Notes: a model not told the origin generated them from the letters alone. DNA of 64,000 bases from Takakia lepidozioides (GCA_030704615.1 CM060731.1:10168001-10232000), one strand, 5' to 3'; shown: positions 13,471 to 26,800, counted from the first letter of the stretch. Program-made: numbers and translations.

Positions 13471-14014
13471 CTGATAATGGACCCGTTATTCCAGTAAAGG
13501 AACTTAACCTTTTCAGAAAGATAACGAGGACACTTCTTCTCACAAGGATGAAGGTCCAGAAAAGTTGCAAGCTCGGCGTCGCCTCCTGCACAAGTTATTT
13601 TTCTTTTCCTTGTTGTTGCTTGCTCACAATCCGCCACTCACCCGACTTCTTGCAAAGTAGGCTCTTGCGCCGTTGCTTGAGCACTGTGAAGGAACTCTCC
13701 ATCATGGACCATTGGTGCAAATTCTGCAGCAGGTCGTTCTTGCAGATCGATTGGCCCCATTTCACCTTCATCAATTTTATCCACATCGAGAAATCTTTCT
13801 CGCTGTAGGATTCATTTTCACCCTCATCACAAACAGCAGAAACATCGGAGACATCAGAAACACAAACATGATCAGAATCAGAAACAGGAGAAATCACAAG
13901 AGAAGACTCCATTGGCCCCACTTCAATGGATGGTGTTGTGAATGCGCGAGCACGCGTGTTAGGGGGCGATGCTGGTTTCTGCACATACGTCAGCCCCTCG
14001 TATGTTGCAAGCAT
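13404..14014 (-). pseudogene. Disrupted gene with a highly divergent Dof-type zinc finger
   Basis: KCPRYLSEKVKFLYWNNGSIIRGQPRCECRSGLC aligns to the Dof consensus CPRCxSxxTKFCYYNNY---QPRxxCxxC. The second Cys is replaced by Tyr, an in-frame TGA lies just upstream (~13638-13640), and the acidic upstream part is frameshifted. Confidence 0.62.
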
Positions 14015-14925
14015 GGGCTGGGAAAGAAACTTGTGAACCAGTCATACGCATGGGTGGATCGTGTAGTTGCTGACATTTCCTCGCATCAAGGAGTTCCAGA
14101 CAGCAGCCCGGGATGGGATGCTGGAAGTGGGTGTTACTCCTTGGGCACCTATGAACTACTCGGGACCAAAACTGGCGGATCCACCTTTGACCATAAGGGC
14201 CATTCCCACACAGCTGCTGACCTGCTTCAATATGCCAACCCTGACACCATCTCCCTGTTCCTTTTGGCCAATGTTCAACGCTTGCTCTTCGAGGATACCA
14301 AAAAAGAGGTGCGCTGTTTCTGTGCCAGTTATCCTTGCAGGTCGAGCTAGATGTGCTCTAAATGATTCCATGCTCTGGTTCATAGCTCAAGATTATCCAG
14401 ACCTGACGTTCACATGGCACAGCGGAAGGAGTTCGGCCAAAGGCTATTGGGGTGCTGTACAAAGACTTCAAGGGCGCAGAGCATATAGCACTCCTGAATG
14501 GGAGTACAGGGAGCGAGGTGATCGTATCAGCAGCAAGCCCCAGCGTTTCGATGACTAGGAACAGGATACTCGTTCAATCAACCAATGATGCCGAGACACA
14601 GTGGACACAATTTGGCACTACCATGGCGGATGCCATGTTGGAAGATAGTGGATCCTTCGTATCATGTTCTTGGTGTTGAGCTCTGCGTGGGTGTTGATGG
14701 ATCCACATTCAATTTCTCCCCAGGCACCAATCCTCGTGCCACTGTCATGATGCGTGGCAGGCATGAATCTCAAACTCATCTTAAAGTCCCCCACAAGTTC
14801 TTCAGCACAGAACCCTAGCTCCCATGGCATTCCCCTGCAATGCAAATTCATCTGTCCACTGGCCCTTGAGTCTTGATTGCAGGTACATGGCCGTCCCAAG
14901 ATTGAGGGAGAGGCTGAGATCTCAA
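14010..14925 (+). pseudogene. HOTHEAD/mandelonitrile-lyase-like GMC oxidoreductase remnant
   Basis: KLVNQSYAWVDRV / FQTAARDGMLEVGVTP / GTKTGGSTFDHKGHSHTAADLLQYANP; intron 14309-14422; RPKAIGVLYKD..GSEVIVSA; then, after a large internal deletion, CRDTVDTIWHYHGGCHVG / VDGSTFNFSPGTNPRATVMM; last exon YMA..LRERL. Several frameshifts; the N-terminal FAD-binding region is missing. Confidence 0.88.
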
Positions 14926-15336
14926 GCAGGTGCCTGAGTCTAAAGGAAAATCATTTGAAGTGCACAACGAATGATCAGCCACAATTGTAACTTGCAGAGC
15001 TCGGCGATCACCTGGTGAGCTCATTTGGGGTAGTGACAAATGGTCAAGGAGGACTCCAGACAGAAAGTAGCCTAGGAAAAAGTAGCAGTAGTACATCTTC
15101 ATGCGAGTAAACTGATAAAACTGAGCCTTATAAAACTCATTTGTGTTAGTCAATTCAAAAATCCCCATCACCTTGTAAACTGGGGATTGGATTATGATAT
15201 TAGTACATAAACATCTCTGCACAATTTTCAAGCTTGACCTCTATGAGTGAGTCCCTGAGTATGATGGTGGACTGTAGTATAATGGAAGTGATGTCAGTTG
15301 AAACAAAGCAGAAAATCAAATCAGGAGGCTAGCCAT

Positions 15337-15962
15337 TCATGCTTTGATTAGAAAGGAAAATACAGTTAGACTTGGCACAGTGAGGCATTGCTTGGGACCC
15401 ACCGCTTGAGTGATAACGCCAACCCAACTACCATCTGCTCGAACAAGAAGACCTCCAAGAAATCCTTGGGAGCTCACAATGTTGCCACCAAGCTCACTGA
15501 GGTCAAAGTTAATCTCAGCAAAATCAAGGTCCACACTCTTTGGCTCCAAAACATCGCCAGGTCGCACTCGGAGCTGTGGAGTTGGGGCTGATATATTGTG
15601 ATCATATGCACTGGCGTACACCTTGTCACCTTTCTTCACGAGAGCACCAGGCAAAGGATGGGGGGCCTCAGGGTAATTCATAGTCAGATATGCCGTACCA
15701 TAATTCTGATATGCACGCAACACTCTCCCAGTCTTTTCAACCCCTTTGCAGTTTCTCATTACCACCTCCTTGTGGCCTTCCACACACCATTTTGAAGTAA
15801 TGTCTTGCCTGACCCCGGAAAGTGACCCCACACCATTTTGCTTGCGGCCACATCTTTGTAGGCAATGGCAGTGCCCAGGAAGACCTTCTTACTCTTGTCA
15901 AAAATCATGCCACAAAATGGCTGTGCACTTGACAAAATTATGTCCTGTGGATCCACCAACAT
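15337..15962 (-). pseudogene. Trypsin-like (Deg/HtrA-fold) protease-like domain lacking catalytic residues, frameshifted near 15835
   Basis: FLGTAIAY..ITSKWCVEG (cf. GSGF..LTNAHVV), KKGDKVYA, and GFLGGLLVRADGSWVGVIT (cf. GNSGGPLVNxDGxVIGIN). Two ORFs in different frames. Confidence 0.55.
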
Positions 15963-16317
15963 CTCAACATGTGTGAATATACAAGTTGAATCGTTCTCTT
16001 AGCAAGAACGCACATTCAATTATAACAAAACATGAGATGGGAACTCTGTACCTCCGGACAAACACCATAATCACGAAACCGAGGGGCAGCGGCCAATCGT
16101 TGCGAAAGAGGCTGGCAATACAAATCCCCAATCCAAACCCATCATCCCATTTGCCTGATCTCATTTGAACACATTCAAATGTTTCTGAGACCTTCTTCAC
16201 AAAAGATACCTTCACATGCATCCTCCCTATGGAGCTCACAACAACATGGGCAAAACATTGAATTTACTGCCATTTCAAGGCTTTTTAACTATGAAGTGTC
16301 TGACATGATTGTGGCGA

Positions 16318-16819
16318 TGTAACGATCAAACCTCTCATGGAAAGTGCTTAACAACTAAGCCACCTCTGAGCAAGATAACCTCCCAACCTAGAGACCTCTC
16401 TTGCTGCTCCAAAGAGTACTGGATCCCTCTCGGTGCTAAGTCTGCCTTGCTCTCTCTCAAGACTCTGAGTAACCACATCTGATCATCACGCTTCTATGAC
16501 TACTTGTCCTTGTGTTCACTGTGTGTTTCCCTCTCTAGACTCAGCATCAGATCCCCTTTAAGTACTCCTTGAGGTCTCACCCCCTTGCTCTTAAGATATC
16601 CAGGCTGTAGCTATTCCTGATATCCCTTCTTGCTCTTAAACCTTACTCTTTGCTTTACTTGGCTCTAGCCTTCGTTTAGACTTTTGCCAATCCTGACTTT
16701 GCTTAAGTCTATATACATACTTTTACTGTATATGGCTTTGCTTAAAGCCTTTCTTATACTTTTACTATTTATGGCTTGCTTAAGCCCATAACTAACTTTT
16801 GCTAATCTAGGCTGTGACA
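16318..16819. mobile_element. Solo LTR (502 bp)
   Basis: TGTAAC...GTGACA termini flanked by a perfect 5-bp TSD GGCGA (16313-16317 and 16820-16824); no internal domain. Confidence 0.88.
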
Positions 16820-17002
16820 GGCGATGATTGGTTTTTTTTTGTTATTTTGAAAAACCAAACAATTTATTGAGACAAACCAGAGAAACCAGCCGAAGGGGGA
16901 GGGGGCCTGCCCTCCAAAACCACCTGGAGACCAAAGGACAGAGGGGGAGGTATTTGCCAGTGAATTAAGCTAGCCTGCTCCACCCTTCACACAGAAGAAA
17001 CC

Positions 17003-20000
17003 CTAACAAAAAGTCATCCACCAAGGCTGCCTGCCCATCAAACTATGCTTCTCAATTACCTCAGATGCTGGCAATTGTTGTGTCAATGCTAATGCTCTCA
17101 GTTTCATCACATGGACCTGCAAAGACACCAACATACATATGTGCTGGGGTGTACAAGCTCATATTAAGCTCCAACGAAAATTGAATCATAAGGGACCTAG
17201 CACAATTAAGGTTTACAACAACGAAAAACACAGACCGGGAACCTTTGAAATGCAGTGTGAAAATAAACTCCTTAAATTAAGATATCTGTCAAAGTAAACC
17301 TTATACCTCATTCGTGGGTTGCTCTTTGCCGCCTCTCATGTTTGCACCACCAAACATTATCAAGAATGGATTCAAATCGATGAATATAGACACCATGCTT
17401 AAATTCTACACCCACAAATTTTTTGTGATGAAAAAAAAAATTCTGCAACCTGAGCAAGTTATTTTGAATTTCATAAATGGCTAAGCAAATTGTGACTGCC
17501 AGACTCATTACTGTGGATGACAACGATGATAGTCACCACATGCGCAAGCTGTTGCTATATAAGTGGCATGTTGCTCAAAGCCCACATAAATGCAGTTTTG
17601 AAGCACTCATCCCAAAACATCCATAGATAATTTTTCGGGAGGCACAATCTGACAATCCCAGAGTTAAAAGATAAATGAACAGTATATTAAACAATCCCCC
17701 AACACTGAAGACCAAGGAATGTGAGTAGAATAGACTATGAAGAGTGTAAGACTTATACCTTGCTTGCAAGCACCGAGTTTTCCTCAACGGTGGTCACAAT
17801 CGACCACGAATTACGTCTTTCGAAGTCCAAACAAAGGAGCTCTCGGAACACTGCTAGGTAGCCACGTATGTGTTGGTTGTTGAGAGGGTAGAATGAGTAA
17901 AACATATAACTTGGTTCAATTTCTGCTTTGCAGGACTGTCTTTACATTTCTCTCTACTCTTTTATGCTGGCCCTAATTTGTTGGAAGGCCACTGCCACTG
18001 CTCCAGTGACGAATTACTAGATGAAGAATAGCCTCTTCTTTATGGCAAGTCATAATCTTCCAAATATGTTCAAGATGGGAGGATAGGTACAGTGTCAAAA
18101 GATGGCATACCTTTTCCCTTGCATTGTCCACCAAGAATGTACCATTTGTTACCTACAGCAGTGGCCGCATGGCCAGCGCGCGGGCTTGGTTGTAATCCTT
18201 GAGAATCCAGTTGTGACCACTCCATCTATCATCAATGCTCAAAAGAATTGTCATTCTCGCACACCCGTGCAGTATCATGCCAAATAAAAATGCACTGCTG
18301 AGACTTACAGATGTAAGCGTCTATTGGATTGTTAAATAAGCCAAGACTTCAAACCTCCTTCCTCCTAGTTATATACATGATCAAACACACTACACTGCTG
18401 CAAATGCTTAGTGCAAAATACTTTGAGGCAAAAGGTAAGGCAAGGATTGATCGAATTCAGACTTGACACTGAAAATTTGTAAATGGATGTCTTGACCTAC
18501 AGTTTCAAGATCAAGCATGTGGAGGTCGCAGAAGTAGTGCGATGAATCTCGGCATCCACCGAAAATAACAAGAGATTTATTGCCGATGTTTGTTGCAACA
18601 TGGTCAAATCGAGGAGATGGGGGGGTGCCCCTGCACCCACAAAAGCAGGCCATCTGATATTACAATCCTCAAGATATTGGTTGCATACATCTAAGAAAGG
18701 AAGTTAAAATGCTTAAAATGGTTACAAGCCAAAAATCATGCCTATGGTCAAACAGTTCTGATAAGATGCCTCCACAACGTACTTGCAGAGTTTGAAATAG
18801 AAGCAGGATGAAAAGTTTCAAGGCTTAAATGCAATCTGTGGAGTTTCAAACTGACTTTTGGAGTTATCTTTGCCTACAAAGAGTGAATGCTGATTGTGCT
18901 TGCTGGGAATTTTTAGGATCGTTTGATTGCTCACTTGACAGTCACCAATTCCAACATCATAGGATCCATGTGCAACCTATAGACATGATCGAACGCCTTG
19001 TTTTTTACTTGAAGGTCTTGCCCACCAAACATGTATGCCATATTCCCAATGGGTGTCACAGTGTGACCACTTCTTGCCTTCTGCATATTGAAGTACAGTA
19101 GTGAGCCTACACACTGTAATTCAGTAGAGAGAGCTCAGGTGGTTTCTTCCTGGACGTTTTTCTATCCCTCTATAAAACCCCCTGAGCTTGTCTGAACTGT
19201 GCAAAGCTTTGAAATTTAGTTTCACTCACACATTGAAGTGAACTACAGGCATGTGAAAGCTTCCCACACAAGGAATGAGTCTAGCATATTCAACATTGAA
19301 AATGTGACAAGACTTACCAGGATCATTCCACTTGTTGGGACCAAATTCCACTTCGTGTTGAAAAGGTCAAAGGAGCGAACTGCACAAATCTTTCCAATAT
19401 TGAAAGGAGATGAGTATAGAGCTCTTTTTCACATGGATATTTGCTGAGTTATTGACAGCTGAGTTTAAGGGATTACAATACCTTCCACAATATCAACCTC
19501 AAGATCTGATGCTTGTCCTCCCACAGATAACAGCAAGTTTTGCCACCACACCTGTACCAAGTACTCAGAAGGATAAGCTACAGCGATATGGTGACGCCCA
19601 AAGCTCAAAGAATTAAAAAGCAAAGTCAGGGGGCTCAATATCTTTGATTATATTCATTCTGTTACATTGCAGAAAGCCTAAACAAAACCCTCAGGCAAAT
19701 TTGTGCAGCATAATCTGCGCCGTGAAGCCTGAATGCAAAGGAAGATTCAAAAATATATATAATTATCTGGATCAGCTTTCTTCATAAGACGCATGGCAGC
19801 TTCTGAGTGGCTAATTTACCTCACCCTCTGATAGAACTGAGTGGAGTGCCAACCACACACCTTTATGCAAGGTTCCCTACCAGGTCACCAGCAAACTTAC
19901 CATGCATAAAGGTCTGTGATCAGCAGCTTCCCCTATACTTAGTGTACTGGACACCCAAATAAGAAACCAGCATGTGAATCACTGAGGCAACTGATATTGT

Positions 20001-21629
20001 GGGTCTGTGAGCCACAAAGTGATACCATCATGCCAATGCCACACTGCTTACCAGGCAATGGCCGGCACAAGGCAACGGACACCTTTTTGATGATACCGGG
20101 GTTCTTGTTGCCATCTTAAACCATGTCAAAATGCTCAGATCTAGCACCTATATCATGTCAACATTAAGCAGGCAAAACAATTATCACCAGAGTGCACAGC
20201 TCAAGAAAGAAAATGAAATGAAATGGTACTCTATAACGTCCACGGAAAGCTCAAAGACCTCATGGGTCAAGAGGAAGCAAGAAAAGAAAGAGAGAGGGGC
20301 CACCAGCAGTCCAAAAGCAATTATTGCTGAAGGGATTCTAAGAGTCAACACTTCATGCAGGTAAACTGCCAAGCATTTCTGATCCTTGTAATGGCAGACC
20401 TTCAGTGAGAGATTGCATATCCCAGAATAGATGGTTGAATCTCCCACAGATTCACAGTAGAAAGTGTTGTAAAGACGAAATGTTCTTCACTTTCGATACA
20501 TTCCCTATTGTTCCCAGCGCAAGCAGGGCATAGGCGGTCATCACATTGCAGGTTTTCCCACCAACCAGAAAGAAAGAAAGAAACTTGTAGATATTCCCAC
20601 CATATGAGTGGTTTCAAGTTCTATAACTGTCTGTCTGTTTGCATGCTAGGGAAGCTCGGCACCAACCCTCTTGAACATGTTTCCCCTGAAAGGTGTGAAT
20701 CTGGCTTGCCTCTTAGGACTTCAAGAGAAATGCACCAAAACTCAAAGCAGGGCAGTATGCTAGCTTCTTCATTTCTTGAGCACATAATCTCTTCCTGGTA
20801 GACCTCCATGATCTCCACAACTGGGGTAATTTTTCTCTTTGCTATAGTTTATGGACCATACCTGCACATCATTCAACAGATTGAAGTTGGTTTTGTACAA
20901 TCCACATCCTCCGATAATATACATTTTGTTGGATGTGATAGTAGCTGCATGCGGCAGCCAGATGAAAAGTCCAAATAAGCCTCAGCCAAATCGAGGAGAT
21001 TTGTTGTGCAGACTCCTACGTTTTAGATATACAATTTTGAGGGTGACAGTCCACTTTCAAGAAAAGCACACATTCGCAACAACGTTGGTCGTCCAGTTAC
21101 TCTGTTAACTGCAAGTGGTTATCGATGTTGTTGAGAGAGCAAAGCCTGTACACAGTATAATATAACAGCCCCAGAAAATCTACTTCTATAAGGGATCACA
21201 TAGCGTTGTCGAAAAGGCATGTGTAAAAAGCATTCAACCATGTATCGTGGAGTAGGCATGGGGCCAGCGATGGAAGCTGGAATCCAGACGTTGTAGTGGT
21301 CGATTTCCTTGATCTCGTCTGCTGGTTCGTATGCCTGCCAATGCGTCAACGTACGCTTCAATGCTTTGAAACATTAGGAGTTTGCATGCATGTTAACGCT
21401 ATTGTGAAGGAAGATGGGGCAGTTTGATAGAGTGATACATCTGATCTGGACAATTACTTTCAAAGACAAGGAGGGAGAGCGCTTTTTCGACCTCCCTTCC
21501 GTCCTCTCCCTTTCCGTGTTGGAGGAGGAGTCTGAGGGAGATTACCGCAGCATCAGAAAATTGGATCTGTGCGGAAGCTGAAGTTGGTGAGCCACTTCCC
21601 GAGGCAAAACTTGTCTGGTTACTGGCCAT
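17003..21629 (-). CDS. Kelch-repeat protein of the ACBP4/5-related type without an acyl-CoA-binding domain, ~12 exons
   Basis: Exons follow ACBP4-like Kelch order: WIPASIAGPMPTPRYM | HAATITSNKMYIIGG | VLDLSILTW..PCAGHCL | VWWQNLLLSVGG | VRSFDLFNTKW | ARSGHTVT..MFGGQD | GTPPSPRFDHVAT..IFGG | MEWSQ..PRAGHAAT..WYILGG | ..WSIVTTV..LASK | NLSMV..MFGG | VHVMK. The 3' end is uncertain. Confidence 0.85.
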
Positions 21630-22799
21630 CCTGGCGACCTAAGGGCCTGCCTGCTGATGTTTTTGAAGGACCGGAGACACCTGTGGTTGGAGACACCAGC
21701 AGCAAACAATCGGGATGGGACTGGAACATGACATTATCACAGCCTATGGGGTGCATACATACAGCACAAGAGTGGGTAGAAGAGAGTAAAACATGTCATC
21801 CAACAAACTGTAACTACAGAGGGAGAAAAACTTCTGTCCTGAGGAACTATTTCAAACAAGGTTTGTGATCGGAAGGATCATACATGCAGTATATCAAAGA
21901 AGAAAACTTGAATTAGTAGTAGGGCAGCTCGAAAGACAGGATGCATGAGTTGATAATAGACGGAGCTGCCACTCACAGATGGTGCGGCTAATTACACGGG
22001 CCTCAAGCAGCGTCAGTGGTGGACTTCATAAGCTTTGGCAATTGATGCTAAACACGCAATTTGCTAACGATGCTCCACATTCTACACTACATCTGTGACC
22101 AATTACCAGTTAGTGAATTGAACTCGTTCACCTCTTCAAATCTACTCGGACATTGTATGGAAAGCCCAGAGACAGCCAAATCAACATTTCTTCTACATCC
22201 CCACAATCCCTAACTGTGGCCTCTGGAAACCACATGTAAACAGTAGCCCTAGGCAGATTCGGAGGTGGAGCCTGGAATAGGCCTGCCGACAATAGAAACG
22301 CCCAAAAGTCACGCCAAGCAGCCTCCGTTAGGCTACCCGTGTAGAGACCTCATGAAAATTTCTCTCTATTGATATGGGGACTTTCCATACAAGAATTCCG
22401 GTGTGGACAGATTCCAGATATTTCCAAGGGATGAGGGCAGAATTTTGCCCCAGTGTTTATGTATAGCGGAAACCCCTGAGTGGAGGGCATTACTGGATTT
22501 AAGGGCCCCAAGCCCAGGGCGGCAAAAGATAAAAGAAATATCGCAGGTGCTCGTGTAATGCACACCTGCGACATGTGGCTGGCTATTACGCTTGATAACG
22601 AGCAGATATTTGCAAAGAGAAATCAGCCGCAGTTCTTTACGGGTAGGTTCGGTAGGGGGGAGCCAGTAAACCAGAATATTCCATACATTCCCAAGGGATT
22701 CTGAGAATCTGCTATAGCGAAACAAACATACACTCCCCTGACAAAAATTGAAAGTAATTCAAATTGTCACCCCCATGATGAGTTTCTCTAGCAAAACTA

Positions 22800-23800
22800 T
22801 TTTTTTTTTGGTTTATTTTTTGTTTCTTTTTTCTTTTTTTTTAACGGGAAAGGGGACGGAGGCCCTTTTAATAAAATTAAAACGAGAAAAAAATAACCTC
22901 GAGGCCATAAGGATACAAGGCGAGGCCACTTCAGGACCCTGTCAATTGTTCACAGATCTAAAGAAGCATCTACAACACTGAGAACCACTACCAGAAGCGA
23001 TTAAGAGCAACAGTAGCAAGTAACACCGCAATTAGTTCAGAACCAAAATCAACGAGTACCATTAGGAGTCTCAAAGTCCAAATGAGCTTGGAGCTTCTAA
23101 GCTTGTAGTGGCGCCAGTTGATGTCTTCTCCATGATCCGCCGGAGAAGGCCAATGATTAGGGGATGCACCAGGAAGCGGGAAGGCAGGAGGCCCAGATTG
23201 TGCCCTTGTCAGAATAACAAGAGCAAAAGATCCCTCGCCAGCCCCAAGAGGAGTCTCAGTCATTGATGAGCTTGCTGCGGTTTGCTTGAGAACATCAGGA
23301 GAACATCTAAGTAAAGCTGCAGCCAATACCTCCCAGGCCTTGTGACCTTTAGTTAGCAAACTAAAAAAGATAGCTTGCAAAGAAGCTTGAATGGAAGGGG
23401 CAGTGCCAAAGTAAACCTTAGCACAACAAAATTTCCAGATTTGCCAAAGAGAAAGAGAGTGAAGGCAAGCGGCCAAATAGCACATTTGGCCCAGATCTGC
23501 CCCTGGTGGATGTTAAGAAGGTGGAGGTAGATACTGGAAGCATCAACAGCTTTCCAAGCAAGATATAATGCCCTCACCCGAGACCTACAAGCAACAAAAC
23601 TGCAACTGAATAACAATGCTCCAAGGATTCAACCAATCCCACACTGCAAATGCTATAGTCAGATTGAGGCCCAAGCCCAAAGGAAGACCCCACCGGTAAT
23701 TTTGGTGAACCCTGCCCGCGGTAATAGGGCTTCTGCACCTTTGCTGTCCATGGTTATAGGTCCCATGCGCGATGTCGTCATGACCCTGGAACGTGAGCAA
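22800..23800 (-). mobile_element. 5'-truncated, decayed LINE (ORF2 C-terminus, 3' UTR, A-rich tail)
   Basis: T-rich tract 22800-22842 is the poly(A) tail on the minus strand. Degenerate LWQIWKF..KVYF motif typical of the plant L1 ORF2 C-terminus. The right boundary is approximate. Confidence 0.6.
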
Positions 23801-26800
23801 GGGATTTTCTGCTCATGTGAGTGGCTCATATACTAGCATTCCCTTAGGTGAGCCTAGGCTCACACAACATCCTTGAGGCCTATGCTCATAGGCTCACGAC
23901 CCAAGGGTTCATGGCATAGCGTCGTTGCCGCCCCAATGGCACTTGACGCAAGTAGTTAATAACCGACTTGTCGAGTAGGACAGGACCTACGAAACACCCC
24001 CCCCCCCCAATACCCCACACGAGCTGCCTAAAAATAGGATTGAGTCATATTTTAATCTTAATATCATTTTGCCAAACGTGTATCTCTAATTTGTACATAT
24101 GAAGTGGGTAGCCTTTGCACTTCAATATGCTTTCTCTCTGCTTCAAGTGAATATAACTTTCATTGTAGCCAATCAGATTTGACAATTGGATTACAAACTT
24201 GCAATCTGGATACAACATCTTCTTGTCAATTTTGATGCATAAAAATCAAGTGGTTTCAACCTTTCAATAGATATTCCGAGTACAATTGACAACAATAGGT
24301 TATTGTGCATCATGCTTCATGTCTATGTATACCTGCCCCACGACTTTAGACTAGTTTATATTGATAACCCCAATGTTATTGGTCACCGCCGCGTATCCTT
24401 GGAGCATTAAATACAAACACCTTGGTCCACCGGACCTCAAAACACATGATACCATCCCAACAATGTTTTCATGTCTCCAATATTGAGCTTTTTCAACTAC
24501 GATAATGGAGAGGCAGTATGGGAGGATTGGGAGTGTTGAAAGAGATGGAACGAAGTCGAGAGAAAGAGTTTTTCTCCTTATGTAGATTGTTTTGCACCGT
24601 ATGAGGTGAGGGATTATAATTGGGGCATCAAACTTTAGTCTTGTATTATTTGTGTTCATTAAAAAAACATATCAATCATCACCAAGTTCTTCCTAGGGAT
24701 AGTTCACAATCAAGCTGTTAATATCCCATTCAAAATGCCCCACTTAAGAGATGTGTTATAGCTAAAGTGTGGAATTTGTAATGGTTGACAATTCTTTCTG
24801 ATGTATAAATTTGTTTTTTATATGAAGTCCCAACCACAAATTTTCATTGGAATCGATCTAATATGTGGACATTTAAGTGATGTTAGCTCCAACTGAGTGA
24901 CCAAAATCGGAATTGTAAGTATTAGACAAAATCTTCCTCTGCTAGTAGATAGGGAACGAGAGAAAATACTTTATCTATAGCCAACGTAAAGAACAATTTT
25001 TTTTTGTTGAAGCAAGTGACATATTATGACGCCACTTCATCCCGAAGGGCTACTGCTTCCGTTTGGAAGATGGACACCTAATTTAAACCCCCATAAACGA
25101 GACAGCGCGGTTGCCCAACCCTCCCTCAAGGACTCGAAGTCACAAGTTATATAAGTAGTTGGTTGACCAATGGTACCCATTTTTATGGTTGGGTTGGTTA
25201 TAATGGATGACATCCAACATACACATATATATGGCCTTGAATCCACAACCACTTGTAAGGGGGGCTTGTGCCCTAACCACTAGGCGATCTAGTGCATGCT
25301 TTACCAACATAAATAAGAGCTGCCCCTGAGGGATATTGTTCCCTTGGGTATTGGTGTGCTCTAACAAAGAGTTGTTTGTCTCTCAATCTTTATGTTGCCT
25401 CAAATAGAGGCCATATATTTTATTCTCATTTTTCAGGAATAAGTGTGCAGCTTTTTTCAGTATATTTATGTTAGTGGTGTTATGTATCTCTATCCCTCTC
25501 TACTACCTTTTTAAGGTTTTATGTTCAACAATCTCAATTATCTAAATGCTAAAATTTATAGTTTTTCATGTGTTGACATAGAAACTTAGGGAAGTATAAT
25601 GTCATCTTGACCCAAGAAGATGCAACAAATTTGTTCACACACCCTTGGTTAAGAACTTATGAAGTTAAAAATTAAATTAGCTAGTGATGGACGGTTATAT
25701 CTTATGTGGTACTTAATTTTCTTGTTTTATGGGATTGCTCAAACGATGTATGAAGTATGTTCTTGATCATTTTGATCATTAGACCAAATGTTAGGTACCT
25801 ACTTATGAATATAGGTACCTAACATTTGTTTTTTTTTTGTTTTTTTCAAGTTTTTATCGAAGCGCCTATGTTTCCATCTCAAATGCTGAATCCTGATCAT
25901 CTTCCTGACTCGTGAATGACTATCTTTTATTTTTGTTACTTCTCAAATATGAGTTGAGAGTTTACTAGCTCTCACACCTCTCACATCAATATATATTTCT
26001 AACAAGAGCAAGACCGGCGAGGTCGTACCAACAACTTCTTATCCACTTGTATGTATTGATTCTTAGCTCAATCTATTGTGAACGTAAAGCAACAACAGGG
26101 GCTCGTTTGGCTCCTCCACAGCCCACTCCCTTGCTGATATTTGCTGTTCATTCCTTTTGATGTGGTGTTAAGTTTCTAGTTTCTACTTATTTCAGTTATT
26201 TTGTTATGGAATTGCTAACATGCTTTCTAGTTAATTGACCAACAAGATAAAATATATGACCAATTACTAAATTCTAGACTTCGTTTCTTGGAGCCTATTT
26301 ACTAATCTCATTCTTTGACATCTAGCAATCCTTTCAGGTGGACCTTCATGTATACATCAAATTTAGAAGATATTTCAGAAAATAACCTTGAGCCAACTCA
26401 CCATATTGAAAATGAATGGATACAAAAAGTTTCATACAAATATATTTTTCATTCCATCACTTATTCATTATTATCATTCTAAAGAATATATATCATTATT
26501 TTTTATCAAGACCCTTATAGGCATTATATTTTTCAAAATCCTAATGGTCATAACATTATCAGCATTAGCATTATTTATCTATAGACAATAAAAAATTTAT
26601 ACATATAGGAATAATACTAAGAGATGGGACAACTAAAAATTATTTCTCTTTCGACTACTATCCCGTATTGCATATTTTTTGTATAACTTGAATCCATTAC
26701 ATTTTCATGGACATTTTTTTACTTATAAAGCCATTAATAGTATTTGCGGATCAGCAATACAAAGCCAGCCTCCAGGCTAGTGTTATTGCACTACAAAGTC

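Noticed and set aside
24050-25400. Possible old retroelement fragments
   Set aside because: Too degenerate; no RT, RNase H or integrase motif could be read.
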